A DNA stretch of 64,000 nt from Candidatus Omnitrophota bacterium. GTDB lineage: Bacteria > Omnitrophota > Omnitrophia > Omnitrophales > JACROU01. This document shows positions 10,296 through 21,312 of this stretch, piece after piece. The DNA lies in assembly GCA_029261035.1 (NCBI GenBank), contig JAJDCD010000004.1, forward strand, positions 132,765 to 196,764, in the 5' to 3' direction. The notes beneath the pieces were generated by a model. It was not told where the DNA came from. It saw only the letters and a program-made list of their open reading frames with translations, and made no database searches. How positions within the stretch are numbered: the stretch's first letter is position 1; every line of letters starts with the position of its first letter. The position numbers and the translations under genes are program-made.

Positions 10296-11126
10296 TCATG
10301 AATTCAGCTTCTTCCGTTTTTTTTCTGCGCTCGAAAGCAGCTTCTTTACAGAAGACCATTTCTTCCCTTTCGACAATTTTATAAAATGATCCAAAGTTTT
10401 CCTGTATTCTTTTAAGGAAGAAAGAAGAAATGGATTCGATGAAACAATATCCACCCATAACCCAGCATCCCCTTGAGCCACACGTGTCACATCTTTAAAC
10501 CCAGCACCACCAAACTGGATATTTTTTGATGGTATAGACTCGATCAAAAGAGAAGCCATCACATGAGGTAAATGACTTATATCCCCGACAATCTTGTCAT
10601 GATCCTTACTCGATACAACAGAAACACGGGCAGCGCCTGCTTTTTTCCAAAAAAGACTCACTTTTTTTATATCTTTTAACGTTCCATGATCTCGCGTCAC
10701 AAAAACCAAAGACTTCTCATACAGCCTCGCTTGCGCCGAAGACAAACCTGATCGATGCCCACCCGCCATAGGATGAGAGCCAACAAAATTCACCTTTTTT
10801 AATTTTGCTTTTTTAATTTTGTCTACAATGGATTTTTTTGTACTACCAACATCCGTAACCAACACTCTACGACTCACGGCTTTATCAATTCTTGAAACAG
10901 TCTCAACAATTTTAGAAACAGGAACACAAACACAAATCAACTCAACATCGTGAGGGATATCAGAAAATGCATTAATTCCTTTAAAAATAATTTTTGTATT
11001 CTTTGCTGTTCGAAGCTTCTTCTTATCCCGAGACAAACCCCACACTTCGTACTTTTTTCCTAACGACAAACCCAAAGAAGCACCCATCAAACCCAAACCT
11101 ACAATCAATACCTTCTTCTTTTTCAT
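10296..11126 (-). CDS. tyrA: Prephenate dehydrogenase
   Basis: GLGLMGASL, TDVGSTK, GSHPMAG, HD...ISHLPH. Confidence 0.92.
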   Translation of the reverse strand: MKKKKVLIVGLGLMGASLGLSLGKKYEVWGLSRDKKKLRTAKNTKIIFKGINAFSDIPHDVELICVCVPVSKIVETVSRIDKAVSRRVLVTDVGSTKKSIVDKIKKAKLKKVNFVGSHPMAGGHRSGLSSAQARLYEKSLVFVTRDHGTLKDIKKVSLFWKKAGAARVSVVSSKDHDKIVGDISHLPHVMASLLIESIPSKNIQFGGAGFKDVTRVAQGDAGLWVDIVSSNPFLLSSLKEYRKTLDHFIKLSKGKKWSSVKKLLSSAEKKRKKLNS

Positions 11127-11186
11127 ATTTTCCTTTAATTAAAAAGTTTAGCTAAATACAAAAGTTATTTTCTAACGATTGAGTAT

Positions 11187-12203
11187 TTAAATTTCCCTGC
11201 CGACCGCTCCTGCAACCTTCTTCAACTCAGCCATCAAAAGAGCAAATTTTTCAGGAAGCAAAGACTGCGCCCCATCACTAAAAGCATCCACAGGATTATT
11301 ATGCACTTCAATCATAATCCCATCAGCCCCACCCGCCAAAGCAGCTTTCGCCAATGGCCCTACATAATCCCAACGCCCTGTCCCATGAGAAGGGTCAACC
11401 AAAATAGGTAAATGTGTTTCGCTTTTCACAACAGGAATGGCATTGAGATCCAATGTATTTCGTGTTGCTGTTTCAAAAGTTCTAATACCTCTTTCAGCAA
11501 GCATTACATTAAAGTTTCCTTTGGACAATATATACTCTGCCGAAAGCAACCACTCTTTAACGGTAGAGCTCAGTCCTCGTTTAAGTAGGGTTGGTTTTTT
11601 TGAAATACCCACCTCTCTCAATAAATCAAAATTCTGCATATTACGAGCTCCAATTTGTAACATATCCGCATACTTAGCAACTATTTCTACTTGTCTCGTA
11701 TCCATCACTTCTGTGACAACCTGTAGCCCAACCTCGTCTGCCACTTCTCTCAAATACTTCAACCCCTCTTCCCCTAAACCTTGGAAAGCGTATGGAGATG
11801 TTCTTGGTTTAAACGCTCCTCCACGCAAAAAAGTAGCCCCCGACTTTTTAACTTCCTTCGCAATCAAATAAAGCATATCTCTATTTTCAACAGAGCAAGG
11901 CCCCGCCATCACCACAACTTTTTTGCCACCCACAATGGTTCCATCATTCATTTTAAATGAAGAGCTCTCATCTTTAAACTCACGGCTCACCAATTTATAA
12001 GGCTTTTCTATAGGAACAACACTCTCTACTCCAGGAAACGTTTCTAAAGATTCAACTCGAACTTTCCCCTCTTCTCCAATAACACCAATCACAGTTTTCT
12101 CAACCCCTCGAGAAATATTAGGGGTAAACCCTAGGTCTTTAACTTTTTGAACTACATGTTCTAGCTGAACAGGAGTTGCGCTTTTTTTCATTACAATAAT
12201 CAT
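11187..12203 (-). CDS. aroF: DAHP synthase (type I beta, N-terminal regulatory domain)
   Basis: [35 protein letters not shown]. Confidence 0.95.
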   Translation of the reverse strand: MIIVMKKSATPVQLEHVVQKVKDLGFTPNISRGVEKTVIGVIGEEGKVRVESLETFPGVESVVPIEKPYKLVSREFKDESSSFKMNDGTIVGGKKVVVMAGPCSVENRDMLYLIAKEVKKSGATFLRGGAFKPRTSPYAFQGLGEEGLKYLREVADEVGLQVVTEVMDTRQVEIVAKYADMLQIGARNMQNFDLLREVGISKKPTLLKRGLSSTVKEWLLSAEYILSKGNFNVMLAERGIRTFETATRNTLDLNAIPVVKSETHLPILVDPSHGTGRWDYVGPLAKAALAGGADGIMIEVHNNPVDAFSDGAQSLLPEKFALLMAELKKVAGAVGREI

Positions 12204-12218
12204 GTTTTTTCCTTATCC

Positions 12219-13310
12219 TTATTTTCCTAACAAACTCTTCAACTCTTTGATGAATATCCTATTCTCTGCCATAGTTCCAACAGAAACTCGAACCCATTCA
12301 TTCATTCCGTAAGCTGCCATATCCCGTATGATGACCCCTTTTTTCAAAAGAGCTTGGAACAACTTCTTGCTGCTCGTCTTAACACAAACCAATACAAAGT
12401 TTGCTTCACTCTCAATATAAAAAAGTCCCATTGCTTTAAATTGTTTTTCTAAATAATTCCTACCGTCCACAACTACTTTTTGAGTTTGCTTCAAAAACGT
12501 TTTATCCGTCAAAGCTGCTATCCCTGCGACCTGAGCTAAATGATTCACATTAAAAGGCTGTCTTATTTTATGTAGATAACTTATTAATCGTTCATTCGCT
12601 ACCCCAAAGCCTAAACGAAGGCCCGCCAATCCATAAGACTTTGAAAAGGTTCTTAGAACAATGAGATTATATTTATCTATTAACTTCAATGTGTTGGGAT
12701 AATCTTTCGCTGTCACAAAATCAAAATAAGCTTCATCCACACAGACAACAACACTCTTAGGTATGTCCTCAAGAAAATTTTTTAAATTTTCTCCATTAAC
12801 ATAAGTTCCCGTTGGATTGTTCGGGTTTGCAATAAAAACCACCTTAGTACTTTTATCAATTTTTCGACTCAATGCCATTAAATCATATTTAAAATTTTTC
12901 ATCGGAACCGAAACATACTCTGCTCCAGCAACTTGTGTCACTAAAGGATAAACCAAAAAAGAAATATCGGATGAAACAACACAATCCCCCTCTCTCACAA
13001 ATCCGCGAATCAAAAATTCAATAATTTCGTTAGACCCATTTCCCACAATAATTTGAGCAGGCTTCACCTTATGGTATTTTGCTATTGCTTTTTTTAACTC
13101 TTGGATTCCTCCATCAGGATATACATTCACGAGCCCAGCATTTTTCTTTATCGCATCGATTGCTTTCCTAGATACACCCAAAGGGTTCTCATTACTCGCA
13201 AGTTTAATTACCTTTTTTATACGGTATTGCTTTTGAACTTCATCTATCGGCTTCCCCGGTTCGTACGGGTGAATGGAATCAACATATTTTTTATACATAA
13301 TGCAAAACAC
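12219..13310 (-). CDS. hisC: Histidinol-phosphate/aromatic aminotransferase (start possibly 13298)
   Basis: KLASNENP, NPNNPTG, DEAY, RTFSKSYGLAGLRLG. Confidence 0.92.
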   Translation of the reverse strand: MFCIMYKKYVDSIHPYEPGKPIDEVQKQYRIKKVIKLASNENPLGVSRKAIDAIKKNAGLVNVYPDGGIQELKKAIAKYHKVKPAQIIVGNGSNEIIEFLIRGFVREGDCVVSSDISFLVYPLVTQVAGAEYVSVPMKNFKYDLMALSRKIDKSTKVVFIANPNNPTGTYVNGENLKNFLEDIPKSVVVCVDEAYFDFVTAKDYPNTLKLIDKYNLIVLRTFSKSYGLAGLRLGFGVANERLISYLHKIRQPFNVNHLAQVAGIAALTDKTFLKQTQKVVVDGRNYLEKQFKAMGLFYIESEANFVLVCVKTSSKKLFQALLKKGVIIRDMAAYGMNEWVRVSVGTMAENRIFIKELKSLLGK

Positions 13311-13356
13311 CTTTTTATTAATAATCAGTGGGTTTAAATCAAGAAATATTTAGAAG

Positions 13357-14439
13357 CTACTGAGAAGGATAGGAACCCAACACTTTCAAAAAGCGCACTT
13401 TCTTTTCCATCTCTTTTAACATTTTTTGCACTTTAGGATCATCAACATGTCCTTGGAAATCAATGAAAAAGAAATAATCCCAAACCTTCTTTTTTGAAGG
13501 GCGAGACTCTATCTTAGTCATATTGACCTTGCTTTTTCTTATGGGTTCTAACATTTCATACAACGCGCCTACCTTATCTTTAATCGAAACCATAAGAGAA
13601 GTCTTATCTTTTTTTGTTTTTTTAGGTACGGACTCTCCTATAACAAGAAACCGAGTTCTATTCCCAGAACTATCCTCTATTTTCTCTGCCAAAATATCCA
13701 AACCATACATCGTTGCAGCTAATTTACTACCAATAGCAGCGGACGCCGTTTCTTTTGATGCTTTCTGTGCCGCTTGAGTCGTGCTCATCGTTTCAATCAA
13801 TTCGACTCTAGGTGCATTTTTTTTAAGCCATGTACGGCACTGGCCGAATACTTGTGGATGCGAATATATTTTTTCAATGTCCTTTAAAGCTGCCTTAGAC
13901 ATTAAATTATGCTGAATGTTCTGCACAATTTCTGAACAAATTTTCAATTCCGAGTCAACAAACATATCCAATGTATAATTCACAACACCTTCTGTTGAGT
14001 TTTCAATTGGGATAACACCATAATCCGCATTTCCTTTTTCTACCTCAGTAAAAACATCTCCAATATTAGAACAAGACATATAACTCACACTAGAACCAAA
14101 CTTAGAAATTGAAGCTAAATGAGTGAAGGTGGCTTCAGGTCCCAAATAAGCAATCGTCATAGGATGTTCTAAGGCTAAAGCAGCAGACATAATTTCTCTA
14201 TATACCGCTTTTAAAGAATCTTGAGGTAAAGGACCTTTCTCTGCTAACTTAGCAATCTTAGCATAGACCTGACTTTCACGATCCGGAGAATAAATAGGAG
14301 TCCCATTATCCTTTTTATGATCCCCAATCTTCAACGCTACCTTTGTCCGTTCATTCAGGTAATGAATAATTTTTTTATCCAAAGTATCGATTTTTTTTCT
14401 GTATTCGTCTAAGCTCATGTGATGTTCCTTTTTCTTCAA
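13357..14439 (-). CDS. pheA: Chorismate mutase/prephenate dehydratase (start possibly 14418)
   Basis: N-terminal CM domain, AYLGPEATF, PIENSTEG, NRTRF, KIESRP ACT domain. Confidence 0.95.
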   Translation of the reverse strand: MKKKEHHMSLDEYRKKIDTLDKKIIHYLNERTKVALKIGDHKKDNGTPIYSPDRESQVYAKIAKLAEKGPLPQDSLKAVYREIMSAALALEHPMTIAYLGPEATFTHLASISKFGSSVSYMSCSNIGDVFTEVEKGNADYGVIPIENSTEGVVNYTLDMFVDSELKICSEIVQNIQHNLMSKAALKDIEKIYSHPQVFGQCRTWLKKNAPRVELIETMSTTQAAQKASKETASAAIGSKLAATMYGLDILAEKIEDSSGNRTRFLVIGESVPKKTKKDKTSLMVSIKDKVGALYEMLEPIRKSKVNMTKIESRPSKKKVWDYFFFIDFQGHVDDPKVQKMLKEMEKKVRFLKVLGSYPSQ

Positions 14440-14470
14440 ATTTAAAGTAATCTAAAACCTTCTTACAACG

Positions 14471-14571
14471 TGTCATTCCCGAAACCTTTTGTCGGGAATC
14501 CATGATATATCAAACATAACTATACGTTTTACCAAAACCTAGATCCCCGACACAAACATTCGGGGATGACA
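14471..14571. repeat. Palindromic REP-like element (TGTCATTCCCG...CGGGGATGACA)
   Basis: Terminal inverted repeat with two internal hairpins; relatives at 19726, 42578, 42761, 44277, 58232. Confidence 0.85.
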
Positions 14572-14582
14572 AACTGTCCTAA

Positions 14583-15506
14583 TTAAACCTCTTCAGGGTT
14601 TTCTTTATTCTCTTCTTCAGAAGGAGTTTCTTCTTTTGGCTCTTCAGGCATTTCAAACTTCGTATTCGCACTCCCAATAACATCTGTAATCTCCGCCAAA
14701 ACCTTATCTCTTTCTTCAGAGCTAGGGGTATCATCAACTTCTACAGCATCTTTGTTCTCTTCTTCAACAGGAGCTTGATCTTGAGTTTTCTGTTCCAACT
14801 CCAACTCTTCTTTGTTAATCATAGAAGCAACCAGCTCTTTAATTTCACTTATATTTGGCAAATCGTCCAAAGACTTTAATCCAAAATGTTCTAGAAATTT
14901 TTCTGTAGTTCCGTACAACATAGGTCTTCCTGCAATTTCTTTTTTTCCTACAATCTTAATTAAATTTCTATCCAACAATGTAGACAACACTCCAGAAACA
15001 TTAACCCCTCTTAACTCTTCTATTTCCACACGTGTAACCGGCTGTTTATAAGCCAAAATCGCCAAAGTCTCTAACGCAGATTGTGTTGCTTGCTTCTTCT
15101 TTTTCTCGAGCTCCAACTTCATAATCCAAGGAGCATATTGAGGATGAGTCGAAATTTCGTAACCACCCGCTAACTCTTGAACACGAAAACTCAATCCTTG
15201 CTCTATATAGTATTCCCCAAGCTCCTTTAATGCTTTTTGAAACTCAGAGGGTTTAAACCCCTTTACTACCTTTTTCATTTCTTTTAAAGGGACTGGCTTG
15301 TTCGAAACAAACAAAAGAGCTTCAATAATTCGCTTCATAGAATCAAAATCAACTTCTGATTTTTCTTCATAAGTCTCAACATGAGTTTCCGAAACATCTT
15401 CACCCGTTGGAAGTTGTTCTCTAATCTCCCCTTCAATCTCTTTTCTCAACTCTTTAAGTTCTTTTTCTTTCTCTTTTTGCTTTGCTTCCTTCACACTGTT
15501 TCCCAT
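14583..15506 (-). CDS. scpB: SMC-Scp complex subunit ScpB, with acidic terminal extensions
   Basis: IEALLF, ALETLAILAYKQPVTR, IEELRGV, GRPMLYGTT..FL..FGL. Confidence 0.95.
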   Translation of the reverse strand: MGNSVKEAKQKEKEKELKELRKEIEGEIREQLPTGEDVSETHVETYEEKSEVDFDSMKRIIEALLFVSNKPVPLKEMKKVVKGFKPSEFQKALKELGEYYIEQGLSFRVQELAGGYEISTHPQYAPWIMKLELEKKKKQATQSALETLAILAYKQPVTRVEIEELRGVNVSGVLSTLLDRNLIKIVGKKEIAGRPMLYGTTEKFLEHFGLKSLDDLPNISEIKELVASMINKEELELEQKTQDQAPVEEENKDAVEVDDTPSSEERDKVLAEITDVIGSANTKFEMPEEPKEETPSEEENKENPEEV

Positions 15507-15518
15507 AACACGCCCCCT

Positions 15519-16373
15519 TTAAGCAATAGTATTCAGTTGTTTTCTTACGAGTTTGATTTCCCCAAACATTCCGGCCTGCGCCACACGGACATGTTTCTGT
15601 TTCACAATTTCTAATAACGCTAAAAATGTTGCAATAATTTCATTCTTTGATGCCGGCCCTCTAAATAGCTCCGAGAATAAGACTTCTTTCTTCTCGATGA
15701 TCAAATCTTTAATGTAATCCATTTTTTGTTCTATCGAAACAACTTCTTCAAACACCTCATGTTGAACGTCCTCTTTAGAATGCGTTTTTAACACATGGTG
15801 GAACGCTTGAATCAAATCGTAAAGATCCGCATCAAACTCTTCTTCCACCTCTGGAGCTTTATAATCTTCTCCAAAATAATAATCGCTAATCTGACGCGTG
15901 AAAATTTGATTTCTCTCCGCTTCACGAATTCCAAGTTCTTTAGCCGCTTCCTTAAACGCTTGGTATTCTAAAAGCTTTCTAACCAGCTCTGCTCTTGGAT
16001 CCAAACCGTCCTCATCATCATCATCTTGGTCATCCTCAGGCAACAACATTTTTGATTTAATATATAAAAGCGTTGAGGCCATCACCAAAAAATCTCCAGC
16101 AATATCCAAATCCATCTGACGCATCTGATCAATATAATCCAAATACTGCTTTGTAATCTCGATCATGGGAATATCATAGATATTAATCTCATTTTTTTTA
16201 ATTAAATCTAACAACAAATCTAAAGGGCCTTCATAAGCCGTCAACTTTACAGACAAGGAACTCTCTTCTTTTCTACCAAACAGAGGGGTGTCCTTTTGAT
16301 TCAACGACTCTTCCGTTTGCTGTAATTGTTGTTGTTCAGTCCCATCTTTTTCGTTTTGATTTTCTTCAATCAT
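15519..16373 (-). CDS. scpA: Segregation/condensation protein ScpA
   Basis: YEGPLDLLL, FLVMASTLLYIKSKMLLP, TFLALLE. Confidence 0.95.
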   Translation of the reverse strand: MIEENQNEKDGTEQQQLQQTEESLNQKDTPLFGRKEESSLSVKLTAYEGPLDLLLDLIKKNEINIYDIPMIEITKQYLDYIDQMRQMDLDIAGDFLVMASTLLYIKSKMLLPEDDQDDDDEDGLDPRAELVRKLLEYQAFKEAAKELGIREAERNQIFTRQISDYYFGEDYKAPEVEEEFDADLYDLIQAFHHVLKTHSKEDVQHEVFEEVVSIEQKMDYIKDLIIEKKEVLFSELFRGPASKNEIIATFLALLEIVKQKHVRVAQAGMFGEIKLVRKQLNTIA

Positions 16374-16390
16374 TTTTTATCCTCGGCTTA

Positions 16391-16483
16391 TTAGCGTAGA
16401 GCGTTTAGCTTGGAGCGTATAGGTTTCCTTTGTCTTTTTTAGGCAAAAGATCTATCCGCTCCACGCTATGCGCTAAACGCTAA
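16391..16483. repeat. Inverted pair of 32-bp heptamer blocks, (NNAGCGY)4-ATAG
   Basis: TTAGCGT AGAGCGT TTAGCTT GGAGCGT ATAG at 16391-16422 and a reverse-complement copy at 16452-16483. Confidence 0.85.
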
Positions 16484-17458
16484 TTATATCCCTACTTTTT
16501 CTTTCGCTTCTTGAAGCGTCGCACTCGCAATTACTCTTGCTCGCTTCGCCCCTTCTTCTAAAATATCCGCTATTTTTCCTTTGTCCTTTTCCAACTCTTT
16601 TCTTTTTTCATAAACAGGCTCTAAGAATTTATTAAGCTCTTTCATTAAACTCTTTTTATCATCCACACAACCTAACTCAGCACTTCGACATCCTTGCTCA
16701 ATACTCGGGATTAAATCCGAATTAAAAATCTTTTGATAATAAAACACAGGACAAACTTCAGGATCCCCTGGGTCGTCTCTTCGTTTTCTCTGAGGGTCCG
16801 TCACCATACCCTTAATTTTCTTCTCTACTTCTTCTGGAGAATCAGACATGTAAATACAATTATTGTACGACTTACTCATCTTACGACCATCTGTACCAGG
16901 CAATTTTTTAACCTGGGTCAACATGGCTTGAGGTTCAGGAAATACCTCCCCGTACAAATGATTAAAACGTCTCGCAATTTCTCTCGTCAATTCCAGGTGA
17001 GGCAACTGATCTTCTCCCACCGGAACAAAATCCGCTTTGTATAACAAAATATCCGCGGCCTGTAACACAGGGTACCCTAAGAACCCATGCGTGTGTAGAT
17101 CCTTACCCTTTAACTCCTGAATCTGATCTTTATAAGTTGGATTTCTCTCCAACCAAGAAAGTGGCGTCATCATCGATAACAACAAAGCTAATTCAGCATG
17201 TTCTTTAACTTGGCTTTGAACAAAAATAGTACACTTCTCAGGATCCAAGCCCCCTGCAAGATAATCTAAAACGACTTCTATCACATTATTTCTAATTTCA
17301 GAATGAGATTCGTACTCCGTCGTTAAGGCATGCCAATCGGCAATCATAAAAAAAGCATCTTCTTCTTGAATCTTTTTCCAATTATCCAAAGCTCCTAGAA
17401 AATTACCTAAGTGCAACTTGCCTGTTGGCCTCATCCCACTTAAAACTCTTTTTTTCAT
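16484..17458 (-). CDS. trpS: Tryptophan--tRNA ligase
   Basis: SGMRPTGKLHLGN, YPVLQAADIL, VPVGEDQ, KMSKS; start set at MKKRV. Confidence 0.97.
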   Translation of the reverse strand: MKKRVLSGMRPTGKLHLGNFLGALDNWKKIQEEDAFFMIADWHALTTEYESHSEIRNNVIEVVLDYLAGGLDPEKCTIFVQSQVKEHAELALLLSMMTPLSWLERNPTYKDQIQELKGKDLHTHGFLGYPVLQAADILLYKADFVPVGEDQLPHLELTREIARRFNHLYGEVFPEPQAMLTQVKKLPGTDGRKMSKSYNNCIYMSDSPEEVEKKIKGMVTDPQRKRRDDPGDPEVCPVFYYQKIFNSDLIPSIEQGCRSAELGCVDDKKSLMKELNKFLEPVYEKRKELEKDKGKIADILEEGAKRARVIASATLQEAKEKVGI

Positions 17459-17540
17459 ATTATCCGATCCCAATAGACTCAATATAAACACCTAAATAGG
17501 TGCCCTAAACCTAATAAACAAACGGCATATTATAGCATAA

Positions 17541-17738
17541 AGAGCGTGTAGCGTAGAGCGGATAGTACGTAATTAGTCCGTTTTATGTCATTATTGGGGA
17601 AGCAAGAATCCGATACTCCAAAAGAATTAAGGCTAGAAACAATAGGCAAGGCCTGTATCCCCAACTTTAGAGGGGATGAAAATTTTGAATATAAAGACAG
17701 AAGACCCTATCCTCTATGTGCTAAACGCTCTACACTAG
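17541..17738. repeat. Inverted pair of heptamer blocks enclosing a decayed palindrome
   Basis: AGAGCGT GTAGCGT AGAGCGG ATAG at 17541-17565; inverse block at 17707-17738. Confidence 0.7.
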
Positions 17739-18565
17739 AAGAAGGAAATAATGAGTGTGATAAAACCCACAAAAAAGCAGTAATAGGAAAATAAATAGAA
17801 ATTGCCTCGGATAACGATTCTTGAAAGGATCTTAATCGCCACCAAACCAACAACAAAAGCCACCAAAGCACCAATTATATAAAGAAAAATCTTATCTGTA
17901 GCAAATTGAGAAATGTCTTTTAATTTAAAGACAAAGGCACCTAAAATTGTAGGAATAGAAAGAATAAAGGAAAAGCGAAATGCCAAATCACGACTCAAAC
18001 CCAGCTTCAACCCTGTCGCAATCGTCATTCCAGAACGAGAAACACCGGGCAAAATTGAAATAGCTTGAGCAAGCCCAACAATAAAAGCATCTTTCATTGA
18101 AAGGTCGTTCAACGATTTTTCATTGTACGGAGAAACGCGAGTCAATAAAATAACCCCTCCTGTAAAGATAAGAGAAAGCCCCACAACCAAAAGAGAGTTA
18201 AAAGACTGCTCTATTTGATCCGAAAAATAAACTCCGACACAACCTGCTGGAATCACAGCTATCAAAGCATAAATGAATAATTTTAAATTTTGATTCCGAT
18301 ACATAATATCTTTTACTCGGTTTCCATCAAAAAGTTCACCAAAAGCACTAAGGCTATCGAAAAGGATGTTCAGAAGATCTCTATGGAAATAAACAATAAC
18401 AGACATTAAAGTTCCCATATGAAGCATAATATTCAATTCCAACTGAGCTCCTTCAAAACCCAAAATTTTCTCCATAATCACAAGATGCCCTGAACTAGAA
18501 ATAGGGAGAAACTCCGTAAATGCTTGAACAACAGCTAAAAATATAATTTGAATTAATTCGGTCAT
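17735..18565 (-). CDS. uppP: Undecaprenyl-diphosphate phosphatase
   Basis: TEFLPISSSGH, PGVSRSG, FSFILSIP. Confidence 0.96.
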   Translation of the reverse strand: MTELIQIIFLAVVQAFTEFLPISSSGHLVIMEKILGFEGAQLELNIMLHMGTLMSVIVYFHRDLLNILFDSLSAFGELFDGNRVKDIMYRNQNLKLFIYALIAVIPAGCVGVYFSDQIEQSFNSLLVVGLSLIFTGGVILLTRVSPYNEKSLNDLSMKDAFIVGLAQAISILPGVSRSGMTIATGLKLGLSRDLAFRFSFILSIPTILGAFVFKLKDISQFATDKIFLYIIGALVAFVVGLVAIKILSRIVIRGNFYLFSYYCFFVGFITLIISFF

Positions 18566-18574
18566 AACCGTCCT

Positions 18575-19648
18575 TTATAAATAATATTCCATTTTCTTTC
18601 GCTTCAATTCATCAATCACTTTTCTAATATCTTGCGCTCGATCTTTGCTTGCAACCAAAATAGCATCTTCAGACTCAACAACAATCAAGTCTGAAACCCC
18701 TACCAAAGCAACCAGCTTTGAATTTCCATGTACAATATTTTTTCCACTCTCAATAGAAACTATCTTTTGGATACTTGCATTCCTATCTTTATCTTTTGGC
18801 CACAACCCATCAAAAGCGGTCCAACTTCCCACATCCGACCAGCCAAAATCTCCAGGGATTACAAAAACATTTTTAGCTACTTCCATCAATGCATAATCTA
18901 TTGAAATAGATTTCAGTTTAGGATACAGCTGCTTTAACTTTGTTTTAAAGGACTTCTTCCCAATTTGATTTGCTATTTGAGATAATCCCTTAGAAAGAGC
19001 CGGTTGATATTTTTGTAGCTCCTCTAACAACAACGAAACTTTCCATACAAACATCCCACTATTCCAGTAATATCGTCTCGTTTGCACAAAACGCTTAGCT
19101 TTTGCAAGGTTCGGTTTCTCCACAAAACGTTTCACTTTATATACAGGAGTCCCTTTAATAGCCTCAGCCTTTTTACCTCTTTCAATATAGCCAAACCCAG
19201 TCTCTGGTGTCTTTGCAACAATACCAAAGGTTACATGACATTGATTCGACTTAGCAGTCTGAATACCCGCACTTAAAACTTTTAAGAACTCTGTCTTCTG
19301 AGAAATAATATGATCTGCAGGCAAACAAACCATAACTGCATTTGGATCTCTTTTATAAATAATAGAAGCCCCTAACCCAATCGCAGGAGCTGTATTTCTA
19401 CCCACAGGCTCCACAACAAAATTTTTACTCGGAATTTGAGGAAGCACTTTTTTAATTTCTTTAAGCTGAACTTCCTGTGTCAGGATAATTATCCGCTCAG
19501 GGGGAATTGTAGAACGAATACGTGAAACCGTTTCCTCAATTAAAGTCTTCTTGGAACCAAACGAAAGTAACTGCTTTGGTTTTCTTAAACGACTCGCTGG
19601 CCAAAATCGAGTCCCTGCTCCACCAGCCATAATAACTGCCCAATTCAT
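18575..19648 (-). CDS. manC: Mannose-1-phosphate guanylyltransferase
   Basis: MAGGAGTRFWPASR..KPKQ, EPVGRNTAPA, FVEKP, WNSGMF, WSDVGSW. Confidence 0.93.
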   Translation of the reverse strand: MNWAVIMAGGAGTRFWPASRLRKPKQLLSFGSKKTLIEETVSRIRSTIPPERIIILTQEVQLKEIKKVLPQIPSKNFVVEPVGRNTAPAIGLGASIIYKRDPNAVMVCLPADHIISQKTEFLKVLSAGIQTAKSNQCHVTFGIVAKTPETGFGYIERGKKAEAIKGTPVYKVKRFVEKPNLAKAKRFVQTRRYYWNSGMFVWKVSLLLEELQKYQPALSKGLSQIANQIGKKSFKTKLKQLYPKLKSISIDYALMEVAKNVFVIPGDFGWSDVGSWTAFDGLWPKDKDRNASIQKIVSIESGKNIVHGNSKLVALVGVSDLIVVESEDAILVASKDRAQDIRKVIDELKRKKMEYYL

Positions 19649-19665
19649 TTTTTGTCCTTTGTCTA

Positions 19666-19697
19666 TTAGCGCATAGCGTTCAGCGGATAGCGGATAG
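19666..19697. repeat. Single 32-bp heptamer block
   Basis: TTAGCGC ATAGCGT TCAGCGG ATAGCGG ATAG. Confidence 0.8.
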
Positions 19698-19725
19698 GCT
19701 CATTTGCCTTTTTCCCCGACCCAAT

Positions 19726-19806
19726 TGTCATCCCCGACTTGATCGGGGATCTAGTGTCTTTTGCATTCAACTATCCAATGGATCCCGGATCATGTCCGGG
19801 ATGACA
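19726..19806. repeat. Palindromic REP-like element
   Basis: TGTCATCCCCGACTTGATCGGGGATC...GATCCCGGATCATGTCCGGGATGACA. Confidence 0.85.
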
Positions 19807-19822
19807 AACTACTTTTAAAAAG

Positions 19823-21181
19823 CTACTTTATTTTTTCCAGAAGTTCATTAACACGGTCTTCGATAGTTCTTCGGATCTCTTCAAGTCGCTTTTCGGTATT
19901 TGCTTCAAAACGCATAACAACGACAGGCTGGGTATTAGAAGCTCGAATCAACCCCCACCCATCTTCGAATGTAACACGAGCTCCATCAATGTCATTCACA
20001 TTGAGACCTTGTCGTTTAAAACTTTCTGTAGCTTCCTTAACCAGTTCAAACTTTCGATCGTCAGAACATTCTCTTCGAATTTCAGGGGTAGCAAAAGTTT
20101 GAGGGATTTCCGAAAGCATTTCTGATAGTGATTTATCCGAGTTTGCAACAATCTCTAATAACCGACAAGCCGTATAAACACCACTATCAAAACCAAACCA
20201 TCTGTCTTGATAAAAAATGTGCCCACTCATCTCTCCCGCTAACTCAGAATCCGTCTCTTTCATTTTTGCTTTAATTAAAGAGTGCCCTGTTTTCCACATA
20301 ATGGCTTTACCACCATGAGCTTCGATATCTTCATACATCAAGTTGCTGCATTTAACATCTCCAATAATCGTAGCTCCCTTTTTCCTTGATAAAACTTCTC
20401 TAGCAAGCAAGATCATCAAGCGATCACCAAACACGATATTTCCTTCGTTGTCCACAACGCCAACACGATCACCATCTCCATCAAAAGACAATCCTAAATC
20501 CACCTTGGATTTTTTAACTTTCCCTATCAATTCTTCTAGATTTTTAGGGACCGTAGGATCTGCTGGATGATTAGGGAATGTTCCATCAAGCTCTGTGTAC
20601 ATTTCCTCTGTCTTACACCCCAACTTCTTAAATACTTCAGGAGCTACAACCCCCGCCATTCCATTCGCACAATCTATAATAATAGACAGTTTTTTCTTCA
20701 ACTTAATTTGACTCACAATTTCATCAATATATTTATCTAAAATTTTAACGGAAGATGCCTTCCCTTTCCCTTCAAGAAAAGTTCCAAGTTGCATCATCTT
20801 ATACAACCCCTGAATCTCTGAGCCATGCATCGACGTCGTACCCACACAAATTTTTAAACCATTGTGATCCGGAGGATTATGACTGCCCGTCACCATAATT
20901 CCACCATCCACTTTCAAATGATGAATCGAATAATAAAGAGCCGGCGTCGTAACTAGACCTAAACGCTTTACATCCATCCCCGTCGAAGTGATCCCATCCA
21001 CTAACGCTTTCTCAATTCTTTTGGAACTAACACGACAGTCATGACCGACCGTCACAACTTTCTTCTTTGCATGCTTCAGCTGAGTTCCATAGGCTTTACC
21101 AATCGCTTCAACAACCTCTGAGGTCAAATCCGTATCAGCAACCCCTCTAATATCATATTCTCTAAAAATTTGTGGGTTCAT
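19823..21181 (-). CDS. Phosphomannomutase/phosphoglucomutase
   Basis: FREYDIRG, TGSHNP, FDGDGDR, GEMSGH, RASNTQP. Confidence 0.95.
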   Translation of the reverse strand: MNPQIFREYDIRGVADTDLTSEVVEAIGKAYGTQLKHAKKKVVTVGHDCRVSSKRIEKALVDGITSTGMDVKRLGLVTTPALYYSIHHLKVDGGIMVTGSHNPPDHNGLKICVGTTSMHGSEIQGLYKMMQLGTFLEGKGKASSVKILDKYIDEIVSQIKLKKKLSIIIDCANGMAGVVAPEVFKKLGCKTEEMYTELDGTFPNHPADPTVPKNLEELIGKVKKSKVDLGLSFDGDGDRVGVVDNEGNIVFGDRLMILLAREVLSRKKGATIIGDVKCSNLMYEDIEAHGGKAIMWKTGHSLIKAKMKETDSELAGEMSGHIFYQDRWFGFDSGVYTACRLLEIVANSDKSLSEMLSEIPQTFATPEIRRECSDDRKFELVKEATESFKRQGLNVNDIDGARVTFEDGWGLIRASNTQPVVVMRFEANTEKRLEEIRRTIEDRVNELLEKIK

Positions 21182-21312
21182 AATATACTTCCATTGTTTA
21201 TAGCCATTCGCTTTTGGCTATTGGTTAATTCTAAATTATGTCTGAACCGCCATACGACTGACTGCGCTAAAGCTTCGTCAGTTAAAAAAGCTGTTCTTGT
21301 TTTAAATTATGC